The notes under the pieces: model-generated
Told to the model about the DNA's origin: nothing
The model's database searches: none
Seen by the model: the letters and a program-made list of their open reading frames with translations, nothing else
Translations under genes and position numbers: made by a program
In this document: positions 50,595-59,683 of the stretch, piece after piece
Numbering within the stretch: the first letter of the stretch is position 1
How the letters are laid out: every line of letters starts with the position of its first letter
IMG/VR virus record: IMGVR_UViG_3300009788_000005
Location: 21,759-85,758 of that record
DNA length: 64,000 bases
DNA from: a virus
Strand: one strand, 5' to 3'

Positions 50595-53165
50595 TCAAAT
50601 AAGCCCGTTTCTTTTCCCGTAAGGTATACGCCACTTATCAACCCTGGAGGTAATCATACGTACCGCCTTACTAACATCTTCTGTTAAAGGACGTTTCCAT
50701 ATTACTTTCGTTTTCCACCAACTCACAGCATCCCATACCTGCATATGTAGTCTACGTAAGTGAGCATCATGAAACCCTATACTAAGATGATCTATTATAG
50801 CATGTTGTACAAACTTCCTTTCCTCTACTAACTCTTTCTTCCGGGTATCCTTAAGCTCCCATAGATGCTTAATCACCCACATATAATCCTTACGCTCATA
50901 TCTATTATTAATATAGTATTCTATATCATCTAAGGACATTTGATCATAGTTCAATACGTATTTGTCATCCCGATAAATCTTAAATGATAATCTATTCTTT
51001 CTTTCATGCCCGGCATCCCGCCAATCCCAATTATTTCTAACTTCATCCTTAGGATTATATTTAATAAATAATTGCTCTTTCTTATACTTTAATACTAACT
51101 GCTTAGTATAGATAGTTTTACTGGTATAGTAAGTTCTATTAGTATTATCATCATATAACTGATAAGACTTATCAACCCACTCTACTACATGATCTTTCTG
51201 CCCCCTAATACCTTTATTAATATTATTGTATATCTGTTTCTTAGCACTATCTATAACAGCCTGATCTTTACATATCCACACCTCATGTGTATGCTGTTTC
51301 TTACCTGAATAACTATTACGCACAACTACCTCACCCCTACTATAATTACCATAATAATCCTCCCAGTCTTTTTTATATACATATACTATATCCCGCATAT
51401 CTACCCATTTGCTATATACGATATACATACCTGTATTAGGAGGTTTAGGTAAATTATGCCCGTTATCACCGTAAGTATTAAATCTATCATCTAACCTAGG
51501 TCCTACATCATCAAACCCATCAATAAGTATAACCCTAGATCCTCTCTCTATCCTATCATTACTCTGCTCCTTAAAGTCACTAAATGATAGTTTACCATCG
51601 GGCAATACATACTCATCATCTTGTACAAATTGTAATACCCCCTCGTGTGTTTCAGGCTCCATAAACTTAAACTCTACTGGCATAGGTTTAAATATATCAG
51701 TACGGTCTAGTAACCCCTGTAGTAATAGAGATTTCTTCATGTATGGAAATTGCTTATCATACATTTCCTCGGATACTTTATCCTCCTTCTCATAATCATT
51801 CAATTTAACCCACTCTCCATCTAATTTTTTAGTTTCTCTTTCAACCTTTTTCCTGATCTCATCATAATACTCTTGCATCTCTGATCTATGCGGAAACATT
51901 CTAGGCTGAAAATCAATATTACTACATACCCTATAGATATTCTCCCCGTTACGGATAAGAATGTATGTAGCTCTATCTTTTGCATTACGTGCAGAGTTCA
52001 TTAAAGATACCCAAAAACTAGCTTGCCCTCCGTCATGCCTACCGTAATAATCCCTTATCTGCCTGGATATCTGCAAAGCTACTACTCCCCTATCAGTAGA
52101 TATTAACCGTTCATAGTTCTTTCCCTCTATCCCATCATTTCTAGGATCACATAACCAACTATCGAATTCTTCTATATTACCTGAGTGTATCCCTGGTACT
52201 TCTTCTGATATTTCCCTAGGATCTCCTACCTCTTCATCCATATATAGAAGCATTTGAAACAAGTATATAATCTCCTTACTAGAGGCTGCATTACCCCCTT
52301 GTATCTGTACTACCTCCTCATGTACTCCCAGGTATAACTCAATAACAGCTATCACCTCATTCATCTTTTTAATCTTCTTTTCGAAGTCGGCTACTATCTC
52401 ATACATCTCATCCATTACTACCTGTATCTCACTCTTTTTCTTCTCTATTAGTTCCTTCTCTTTATTGATACGATCCGTTAACTCCCTCTCCATAAGCATA
52501 AATTTACGAGTCATAGATGCCGTAACTATGGCTACGTGCTTACCTTTATCCTCTAACTCACTCTTAACCCCTTCTAATACTTCCTTATTAACTTTCCCAA
52601 TTAGGGCCGTCTCTGATGAGAAGTTAACTGACTCATCCCAATACTTATCTGTACCATCTATACCTTCCTCTCTCAATCCCATAGCCTCAGCTTGATATTG
52701 TGCTAAAGGTTTCTCTAATCTCATCCACTCATCATCAAAAAAATCGGTAACCTCTTTAGGCTTACTATCGTCTAACCATAGTTCAGGATCATCATACTTT
52801 AACCAGGAAAACCAAACGTTAACCGACTTAATCCATAACATATCATCATCAGTTAGCTCCCCCGCATCATAAGCAGTATTAACGATGCTCTTACCATGTT
52901 CCGGCTTAGTCTGAAACTCATGCCCATTATAATATTTACGGGTAGCATCCCAATCAATCGTAGGCTCTAATACTTCTATCTTGACTACCTTATATATCTC
53001 CCCCTCTTTATTAATGTATATTGATCCTGCACGAATATTGCCCTCTACCCCCAATTGATATAGACGGATATCAAGATACTCTACATCCTGTAGACTAATG
53101 ATATCTCTTGATCCTTGCTCAACAGTTAACTTATTCTTTGTCTGAATAGATTTATTTTTATCCAT
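50595..53165 (-). CDS. Large hypothetical protein with coiled coil
   Basis: 856 aa; IELYLG...YMDEE...YILIRNGENIY...LLQGLLDRT. Confidence 0.75.
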   Translation of the reverse strand: MDKNKSIQTKNKLTVEQGSRDIISLQDVEYLDIRLYQLGVEGNIRAGSIYINKEGEIYKVVKIEVLEPTIDWDATRKYYNGHEFQTKPEHGKSIVNTAYDAGELTDDDMLWIKSVNVWFSWLKYDDPELWLDDSKPKEVTDFFDDEWMRLEKPLAQYQAEAMGLREEGIDGTDKYWDESVNFSSETALIGKVNKEVLEGVKSELEDKGKHVAIVTASMTRKFMLMERELTDRINKEKELIEKKKSEIQVVMDEMYEIVADFEKKIKKMNEVIAVIELYLGVHEEVVQIQGGNAASSKEIIYLFQMLLYMDEEVGDPREISEEVPGIHSGNIEEFDSWLCDPRNDGIEGKNYERLISTDRGVVALQISRQIRDYYGRHDGGQASFWVSLMNSARNAKDRATYILIRNGENIYRVCSNIDFQPRMFPHRSEMQEYYDEIRKKVERETKKLDGEWVKLNDYEKEDKVSEEMYDKQFPYMKKSLLLQGLLDRTDIFKPMPVEFKFMEPETHEGVLQFVQDDEYVLPDGKLSFSDFKEQSNDRIERGSRVILIDGFDDVGPRLDDRFNTYGDNGHNLPKPPNTGMYIVYSKWVDMRDIVYVYKKDWEDYYGNYSRGEVVVRNSYSGKKQHTHEVWICKDQAVIDSAKKQIYNNINKGIRGQKDHVVEWVDKSYQLYDDNTNRTYYTSKTIYTKQLVLKYKKEQLFIKYNPKDEVRNNWDWRDAGHERKNRLSFKIYRDDKYVLNYDQMSLDDIEYYINNRYERKDYMWVIKHLWELKDTRKKELVEERKFVQHAIIDHLSIGFHDAHLRRLHMQVWDAVSWWKTKVIWKRPLTEDVSKAVRMITSRVDKWRIPYGKRNGLI

Positions 53166-53208
53166 AACTGTAAAATTTTTACAGGTTAATAATTGTTATA
53201 ATGCTATT

Positions 53209-53240
53209 CAAAGGTAATGTTTTTATATTACCCACACAAA
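53209..53240 (-). promoter_or_regulatory. Bacteroidota-type promoter
   Basis: TTTG-N20-TACCTTTG. Confidence 0.7.
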
Positions 53241-53491
53241 TAAAAAAACGGTTAACTCTGTAAAGAATCAACCGCTAACCTTAATTTTACAACAATACTA
53301 AGCTCCATGAAGAAGCACTATAAAGATACTACATTATATCTTACAAACAAGACCTCTAACCCTCATTAATATTTTTCTTCTTTCCTGATATCCTATCCCT
53401 CAAATACATAAGTCTATGAGCCTGCAATGATTCCGTATCTTTGTCATTAAACCTGCCCTGGATAGCATCCCTATAGGTACTATATGTTTTT

Positions 53492-53743
53492 CTAGCTTGT
53501 CCCATTATCTACTTCAGTCTGTACTTCTTCCCTCTTAATAAACCAAGGAAATATACTATTATCTACTATTAAGTTATTATCAACATCATAACTCTTTTTC
53601 CCCCTTCTCTTAGTTGTCCATCTAGACTTTATATATCCTGTATCATAATCATTACCTAAAAAAATCTCATCCTTTGCTTGTTCTGGATGTAGGTTTGTAG
53701 GTTTGTCAAGCATTGCCTTATAAACTATTAGTGTATCGCTCAT
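53492..53743 (-). CDS. Hypothetical protein
   Basis: 83 aa ORF. Confidence 0.55.
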   Translation of the reverse strand: MSDTLIVYKAMLDKPTNLHPEQAKDEIFLGNDYDTGYIKSRWTTKRRGKKSYDVDNNLIVDNSIFPWFIKREEVQTEVDNGTS

Positions 53744-53794
53744 AATTTCTCTGTCTTATAAATAAAGTTTATTTTAGGGTGTAAAAATTTTACA

Positions 53795-54328
53795 CTACCT
53801 CCGACCATATTTCAAAGTATTCCTTAATACCTCTTGAGTCTCCTGCCTGCTCAAAACAAACCCTCTAGGCTCCTTACCCTTACTAATACCCCATCTCCAT
53901 AAATCTAATTGGTCCTGGGTAGGCTTATTTAATACTACATACAATACATCATCTACCGTACCCCCACTAACCCAGTACTCTTCTCCACTATCCAATATAT
54001 TTCCTACACAACAATAATAGCACGGCATACAAAAATATCCCCCCAAAGATATGTATACTATCTTTTTAGCAAAAATCTCCACCCATATCTTATTAGTGCC
54101 TTTATAGATCTTATCGACTATAAAGAAACATCTCCCTAATACCGCAGCTATCTTATCAATATCTCCCGGATTACTTGCCCTCAGCATAAACCTCTTGCAC
54201 CCCTTATATGTCTGTAGCTCTATATTCATTAAGGCACTATATACCCCACCACCTTTTAAAGCAGTCCTGATATCAATTACCCCTACCTTACGCATGGTGA
54301 TAGGATCAAATATAATCTTCTCAGCCAT
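53795..54328 (-). CDS. Hypothetical protein
   Basis: 177 aa ORF. Confidence 0.6.
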   Translation of the reverse strand: MAEKIIFDPITMRKVGVIDIRTALKGGGVYSALMNIELQTYKGCKRFMLRASNPGDIDKIAAVLGRCFFIVDKIYKGTNKIWVEIFAKKIVYISLGGYFCMPCYYCCVGNILDSGEEYWVSGGTVDDVLYVVLNKPTQDQLDLWRWGISKGKEPRGFVLSRQETQEVLRNTLKYGRR

Positions 54329-54872
54329 TAGTACTCTCCCTAATAGGGTCTACAAATATAGTAAATGGGTATTCTTCCCAGGTTAACCCTATTCTTTGTA
54401 ACAATCTCAATATAGGGATAGGATCACCTATAATATCGTATGTGATTTTTATATGCTTATCATGTCCTCTACGACACCACTCTATTCCAATAAATTCTAC
54501 ATCACCCATAATCAAAGCCCTCTTAATATCCATCACCCCATACTTATCCTTTAAAGTTACCACAGGAATATTATCAGTTTCATATTCATCTTCTTTCCAG
54601 GATGCATAAGATGAGGGCTGTAGTAACTTTAACATCCCCCCCCAAAAATCTACAATAACAACCATACTTAAAGGGTTATCACATAATCTTATCATATCAG
54701 TATCAAAGGATTTATATAGCGATTTGAATAAGACTGCATCCTTCAATACCTCCTTACATTCCTGCCCCCTGCATAGTCTTACGATGACTTTAACAGGCTT
54801 ATTAAACCTATTACGTTCAAACCTAATCCCCATACCTGTACCTGCAATAGACTGAAAATTGGATTGTATCAT
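54321..54872 (-). CDS. Hypothetical protein
   Basis: 183 aa ORF. Confidence 0.6.
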   Translation of the reverse strand: MIQSNFQSIAGTGMGIRFERNRFNKPVKVIVRLCRGQECKEVLKDAVLFKSLYKSFDTDMIRLCDNPLSMVVIVDFWGGMLKLLQPSSYASWKEDEYETDNIPVVTLKDKYGVMDIKRALIMGDVEFIGIEWCRRGHDKHIKITYDIIGDPIPILRLLQRIGLTWEEYPFTIFVDPIRESTNG

Positions 54873-55060
54873 TGTTGTAAATTTTTGTTTAAATAAGGTA
54901 CTACAAAACTATGACTTTCTTACCTATGATCCTAATATATCTCTTATTAAAGTTATCCACAATAGTATACACTTGTATGTATACTAATAAATACGATCTA
55001 GTATACAGTTAAGATCCTATCTATTAATCATCAATAGGTTACATGTGTAAAATTTTTACA

Positions 55061-55095
55061 AAAAGTTAAGCCTGCTACATTAGTAACAGGCTTAA
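55061..55095 (-). terminator. Intrinsic terminator
   Basis: TTAAGCCTGTTAC-TAAT-GTAGCAGGCTTAA followed by CTTTTT on minus strand. Confidence 0.65.
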
Positions 55096-55221
55096 TGAAG
55101 GTAGGGCGCTGCTGCCCAGTAATGATCCAACATTCAAATTAAATATACGAATTAATTAAGAATATATCAAATTCCTAAAATCCTCAAATAGATAATCAAA
55201 GTTTGACATTATTTTTATTCT

Positions 55222-55494
55222 CTATTTTAGACTGTTAAAGTGACTTTCACACACTGTCATTAAATCAGTTTCAATTTCGTCAGCCAGTTCGTGAAGCTTT
55301 TCTTCATATTCCTCCCAATCCCTATCGTCGTCAGATGTAGGTGGTCGGCAACACCTTCCATATTCACGGCTTGCTATCCTCAAATCATCATGAAAAGCGA
55401 TTGAAACTCCAATATTAGGACTATGTTCAACAACGACCTGATAATAAAACCCTGCATTGTTGGTAATCTTTATTGATCTTTTTAACTGTGCCAT
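55222..55494 (-). CDS. Hypothetical protein (atypical composition)
   Basis: 90 aa ORF. Confidence 0.55.
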   Translation of the reverse strand: MAQLKRSIKITNNAGFYYQVVVEHSPNIGVSIAFHDDLRIASREYGRCCRPPTSDDDRDWEEYEEKLHELADEIETDLMTVCESHFNSLK

Positions 55495-55670
55495 AACTTT
55501 TTATTCAGATAAAATCGTGCCAAACTAAGAGAAATTATTCGCAGATTTTAGGAAATTGGTTTTATCTCAATGTATGTAACAGCTTTTATACGGACCTAAC
55601 TACTGATATCAATACAGCATACCTACAGCAATAGATAAGCTCACACGCAAGCCCTAAGGTACCTCCACCG

Positions 55671-56366
55671 CTAATCTTTACCGTACTCAGGGTCTACTAA
55701 TATAGATCTATGCTGCATCAGGTTGAAATCTCTATTTACACTTCTATTCCTATCATCCTTTTCTAATAAACAATGATAAGATATATTCCACATATCCGAA
55801 TCTGACTCACATATGACAGGATTAGGATCTTTACCCCTCTCATAATAATCTATTGTATGCACATCATTTATATCTATGTGAAACTCTGATAATGCGTTAT
55901 ATATATCACACTTATATTTCTTATCAATAATAATTAATCTCTCCTGAAATATATCTACTAATAAAAAATAAGGATCTATATCATCCATTACCGGATACTC
56001 TCCAGGCTTATCATCTACCCAGACCAAATCAAGCGTACTAAACTCTATACCACAATGATCCTTACCACACTTAATAATCTTAGGTACTATACGTTCAAGT
56101 ATACTTTTACTCACTCCCCGAATCATTAAATAATCTCCCGACATCCGGGATCTTACAAGAAACTCAAATACATCAGCAAACTCTATATCATGTTCATCAC
56201 ATATATGTTTTAAAGTATACAGTGAATCATGTAATACTTGTACTCTTTGATAAGCTTCTGCATCATACTCATGTATAGGTATTTTATAATGAGTACAAGT
56301 CCACTCAGCTAAAGCCATTATATACCTATACTTATCTAACCCTGAATACCTATTAAAAAAATCCAT
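55671..56366 (-). CDS. Hypothetical protein, probably leaderless
   Basis: ATG 56366 lies 3 nt after TATATTTG. Confidence 0.6.
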   Translation of the reverse strand: MDFFNRYSGLDKYRYIMALAEWTCTHYKIPIHEYDAEAYQRVQVLHDSLYTLKHICDEHDIEFADVFEFLVRSRMSGDYLMIRGVSKSILERIVPKIIKCGKDHCGIEFSTLDLVWVDDKPGEYPVMDDIDPYFLLVDIFQERLIIIDKKYKCDIYNALSEFHIDINDVHTIDYYERGKDPNPVICESDSDMWNISYHCLLEKDDRNRSVNRDFNLMQHRSILVDPEYGKD

Positions 56367-56486
56367 ACACAAATATAATTAGTCTTGCTGATAAAGCCTA
56401 TAACAAAAACCTCCCACCCCATTAAGGGCAGGAGGAACGAAAAAAATAAGTATAGAAATATACTCTCTATTTATCCTAATGCATAG

Positions 56487-56795
56487 TTATAACTTTTCTA
56501 CTTTAAAAATATCGAAGGGAAATAATATTAACAAACCGTATAAGCAAAACCACCAATAACTTAAACCAAGATCTACCGTAAGATAGACCGGTATAAGTAT
56601 TATGGTTAATATAATAATCCTATTTATTAATGCTAACCTATATACTCTCTTACCCATCTTCTCTCTACTAGGTCCATGAGTATTCCTTATCTTCTTAACA
56701 GCCCCCACAATACCTAGCTTTGATCTCCTGATATCCCTAAGAGTACCTATAGATAATCCTATCAAAAATGTTATGCCTAAAGCTAATGTAACCAT
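56487..56795 (-). CDS. Small multi-TM membrane protein
   Basis: Three hydrophobic segments. Confidence 0.6.
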   Translation of the reverse strand: MVTLALGITFLIGLSIGTLRDIRRSKLGIVGAVKKIRNTHGPSREKMGKRVYRLALINRIIILTIILIPVYLTVDLGLSYWWFCLYGLLILFPFDIFKVEKL

Positions 56796-56824
56796 ACTTA
56801 TCTACCTGTAAAATTTTTACAGTC

Positions 56825-57061
56825 CTAGTCTATCACCCTACTTCTGAATCTTGGACTACCCGTAGTATCTTCCTCTTCCAATACCCACTGCTGACATATA
56901 ACAGGGGTACCTGTATCTACCGTATTGGAGGGATCAAGTTTTTTACCGTCACTTAATAAGGGAGATGATGTAGGCTCAAATCCTTGATTCTCTGCCTCAT
57001 TACACTTAGTATCAAACTCTGATAAACTAGAAGCTGAAATCATTTTATAAGTACAACCCAT
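56825..57061 (-). CDS. Small hypothetical protein (DUF1737-like)
   Basis: YKMIS...CNEAENQGFEPTSSP...CQQW. Confidence 0.55.
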   Translation of the reverse strand: MGCTYKMISASSLSEFDTKCNEAENQGFEPTSSPLLSDGKKLDPSNTVDTGTPVICQQWVLEEEDTTGSPRFRSRVID

Positions 57062-57156
57062 TGCAGTAGTTTATTTAAAGATTAATGATAAACAAATATA
57101 CATAAAGCCTCAGGATCTTACAACCCCAGAACTTCACTATAAGACAACCTAAAGTA

Positions 57157-57381
57157 CTATTTCTTAGGAGGAATATAATACCATGATACTACACAAAATT
57201 TCTTACTACCAAAACCGTAAATTGTCCATCCCGTAGATATAGAATAATTAGCAAGATTGTCCGGTATATACTCATCTGTCTTAGTACCCTTATGTCTTAT
57301 TCTAACTAAGGATACTACAAACACTCCCCCCTCCTCTCTCTGTTCTTTTGTAGGTAATTGTTTTTCAGCGTCTATCCACAT
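57157..57381 (-). CDS. DUF551-like small phage protein
   Basis: MWIDAEKQLP...VVSWYYIPPK. Confidence 0.6.
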   Translation of the reverse strand: MWIDAEKQLPTKEQREEGGVFVVSLVRIRHKGTKTDEYIPDNLANYSISTGWTIYGFGSKKFCVVSWYYIPPKK

Positions 57382-57392
57382 AACTTTATAAT

Positions 57393-57743
57393 TTATTGTG
57401 ATACTATTTCTAAAGCTCTCTCACTTTTTAGCTCAGGATACTCATCCTGAAAATCATGCCAATCTCTATATATAAATCCTTCTATGGTTAACTCATCCCA
57501 ATCTTCTCCAAAGGAATTCCATACCTCCTCTGTATGACTATGGGCAATTTCAAAAGATCCTTCATCCCCACAATCTACCCGGTATCTTACCCACTCAAAC
57601 TCTGTCTCTTGTATCTGATAGATATGAAAACCATTCCCCTTATAGTCTGCCTGATCATCTTTAGTATCCTTCCGGGCTTTCTTAATTAAGGCATCCACTG
57701 CCCAAAACAATCTATAATCAAAAGGCATTTGTAACGGCTCCAT
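57393..57743 (-). CDS. Hypothetical protein
   Basis: 116 aa acidic ORF. Confidence 0.6.
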   Translation of the reverse strand: MEPLQMPFDYRLFWAVDALIKKARKDTKDDQADYKGNGFHIYQIQETEFEWVRYRVDCGDEGSFEIAHSHTEEVWNSFGEDWDELTIEGFIYRDWHDFQDEYPELKSERALEIVSQ

Positions 57744-57747
57744 AATC

Positions 57748-57987
57748 TTAAAGTTTAGGGGTATCTGATTTATTTATATTTAAGTAGGAATCATTGGATA
57801 TTATCACGTTACTGATTTTTCCTAACTTAGTAACCGCCGACTTAATATAAATAGCAGTCCTTTTACCCTCAGTTTTAAATATCATAACCCCCTCCTCACT
57901 TACTTTAATCACAGACTTACGGGGTTTATATCCTAACTTACGCCATATCCAACTATGCTTAGAAACAACTTCTATATCAAATTTCAT
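57748..57987 (-). CDS. Hypothetical protein
   Basis: 79 aa ORF. Confidence 0.55.
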   Translation of the reverse strand: MKFDIEVVSKHSWIWRKLGYKPRKSVIKVSEEGVMIFKTEGKRTAIYIKSAVTKLGKISNVIISNDSYLNINKSDTPKL

Positions 57988-58005
57988 GATCTTATTTATT
58001 ATTGC

Positions 58006-58329
58006 TTAACTAAATTCTATCCAACTTACATTATCTGTACCCCCACAACTAACTACCCCCCTAATAACCCTACAACCAAATACAAATAATGTAGCCAGAT
58101 TTTCTTCTGCCTCCCTATTCATATCTACCCAAATAATATAAGGTATTCTTAATTCTAAGGTAATCCTTTTTGTATCGTCCTGGTTAACATAAATAGCTAC
58201 CTCATGCTTTATATCCCCGTAACATTCAAGCCACACCTTATAAACTTGTGTAGTTGCATCCTGTAACCTATTAATTCTAGTTCTTTCGTCAATAAAAAAC
58301 TGAGCTACTAATTCTTTTGGAGTTTTCAT
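58006..58329 (-). CDS. Hypothetical protein
   Basis: Start moved to ATG 58329 because the track's TTG lies within the -7 box. Confidence 0.6.
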   Translation of the reverse strand: MKTPKELVAQFFIDERTRINRLQDATTQVYKVWLECYGDIKHEVAIYVNQDDTKRITLELRIPYIIWVDMNREAEENLATLFVFGCRVIRGVVSCGGTDNVSWIEFS

Positions 58330-58350
58330 AATTTCCTTTTTGGTTATACC

Positions 58351-58382
58351 CAAAGATAAGGTAAGGTTTTGATATATCCTAA
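58351..58382 (-). promoter_or_regulatory. Extended strong promoter (32 bp)
   Basis: TTAGGATATATCAAAACCTTACCTTATCTTTG. Confidence 0.75.
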
Positions 58383-58415
58383 TAGTGGTGTAAAAATTTT
58401 ACACCTAGTTACCCA

Positions 58416-58450
58416 CAAAAACGAAGGTCCAGTATTGCTACCAGACCTTC
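58416..58450 (-). terminator. Terminator ending the tRNA transcript
   Basis: GAAGGTCTGGTAGCAATACTGGACCTTC hairpin + GTTTTTG. Confidence 0.7.
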
Positions 58451-58479
58451 TAACCAATCGATAATTATGAAAGCTAAAG

Positions 58480-58551
58480 TGGATCTTATAGGATTTGAAC
58501 CTATGGCCGTCGGCTTATGAGGCCGATGCTCTACCCCTGAGCTAAAGGTCC
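58480..58551 (-). tRNA. tRNA with CAU anticodon (Ile2-like, or Met)
   Basis: GGACCTT-TA-GCTC AGGGGTA GAGC-A-TCGGC CTCATAA GCCGA-...-ATAGG TTCAAAT CCTAT-AAGATCC-A; one C4.A69 mismatch; CCA not encoded. Confidence 0.85.
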
Positions 58552-58727
58552 ATTAATAATTTTATCTGCTGTAGCTCCTGCACCACGTTTATTAATAACC
58601 CTGCTATACATACCAACTCTAAAAATATAGCCGTTAATAATAACTTGTGACTATAGGGCTTAGGTAAATTCACTCCTACTAACCATGCTATTGTTCCCAT
58701 TATACCTAATACTATTGAATATACCAT
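58542..58727 (-). CDS. Small two-TM membrane protein
   Basis: 61 aa hydrophobic; last codons overlap the tRNA 5' end. Confidence 0.55.
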   Translation of the reverse strand: MVYSIVLGIMGTIAWLVGVNLPKPYSHKLLLTAIFLELVCIAGLLINVVQELQQIKLLMDL

Positions 58728-58759
58728 AACTTCTATTTTGAGGGTTAACTTAAAATTTG

Positions 58760-58948
58760 AGGAGATGAGGGGATTCTAACCCCTATTTATTCCGGTCACA
58801 TTCCCGGCATATTACGCTACCTAATCCTCTTACTTACTATTCAGTAGGTTAGGCCGTAGTCACACCTAAGAGGTTAAACACTTCTCTTAGAGGTCGCATT
58901 GCTGCTATCTGCTATCTTATCAAATAGCCTGAATTATGCTACATCTCC
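58760..58948 (-). ncRNA. 189-nt tRNA-like RNA with about 115 extra nt
   Basis: Perfect acceptor GGAGATG/CATCTCC, TA-GCAT D-stem start, T-arm AGGGG-TTAGAAT-CCCCT, several internal hairpins, promoter about 30 nt upstream. Confidence 0.65.
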
Positions 58949-58978
58949 TATCAAAGATCGTCATCGTCTACAACAATT

Positions 58979-59010
58979 CAAAGGTAAGGTAATGTTTTAT
59001 AAGATCCTAA
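58979..59010 (-). promoter_or_regulatory. Extended strong promoter driving the tRNA-like RNA
   Basis: TTAGGATCTTATAAAACATTACCTTACCTTTG. Confidence 0.75.
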
Positions 59011-59045
59011 TGCCCGTGTAAAATTTTTACACATTATCCCAAAAT

Positions 59046-59071
59046 AAAAAAGCCAACCTTACAGGGTTAGC
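59046..59071 (-). terminator. Intrinsic terminator
   Basis: GCTAACCCTGTAAGGTTGGC-TTTTTT. Confidence 0.7.
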
Positions 59072-59502
59072 CTCAATTATCCGTACCGTCAATAAGAATC
59101 TCAACCTAATTTTAATAATGCAACCGCATATAAAGAACGTTTATAAAATCAGATAAGGTACAAATAACATTTCCTAAAATATTGGATCAGGGGAATGAGT
59201 AATCATACCAACTCTTACTACTATGCATCCCCTTCTCCAAATCTACTACATCCTTAGCACGGAGTTACTAATATCCGCTACCCCCTTTAAGAACGCTAAA
59301 CACTTCACCGTTATAGGTTCATCGTGCTAGTTAATGGTATCCCAATGTACACCAAACGTAGGGTATTCAAATTCTTATAGGATACTCTATATTGTTACTA
59401 GGTCTTATGAGAGTTCAATCCCACAACAGAGAATTCTATTACTTACTCATAATAATTATCTACCATCTCACCTGGGATAAACCTACTAACAATTACTTAA
59501 AT

Positions 59503-59682
59503 CTAACCATGAAAATCTTTAGGTCTTTCTTCCTCCTGGGCTGCTTTAATAGCCCATCCTACCTTTTCTAAATCCGTAGCTGCTATGCTAAGGATTCTAC
59601 CTAACTCAGACCTTCCAGCTTCGTCTCGCTTTACTCTTACATCCTGGGCAAAAGGGTAAAGCTGTTTTAATAAAGTATCCAT
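59503..59682 (-). CDS. 59-aa helical protein (not in ORF track)
   Basis: MDTLLKQLYPFAQDVRVKRDEAGRSELGRILSIAATDLEKVGWAIKAAQEEERPKDFHG*. Confidence 0.55.
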   Translation of the reverse strand: MDTLLKQLYPFAQDVRVKRDEAGRSELGRILSIAATDLEKVGWAIKAAQEEERPKDFHG

Positions 59683-59683
59683 A

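Noticed and set aside
53795-54872. Paralogy between adjacent ORFs (GVIDIRTAL vs GVMDIKRAL)
   Set aside because: Similarity limited to about 10 residues; cannot be supported without an alignment test
54953-54961. Perfect DnaA box TTATCCACA in an intergenic region as an origin
   Set aside because: Single copy; the same 9-mer occurs within or at the edge of genes at 6510, 10420 and 28420, consistent with composition
58760-58948. tmRNA or group I intron-containing tRNA
   Set aside because: No G3.U70 alanine identity, too short for tmRNA; the insert is too small and lacks recognisable group I core elements
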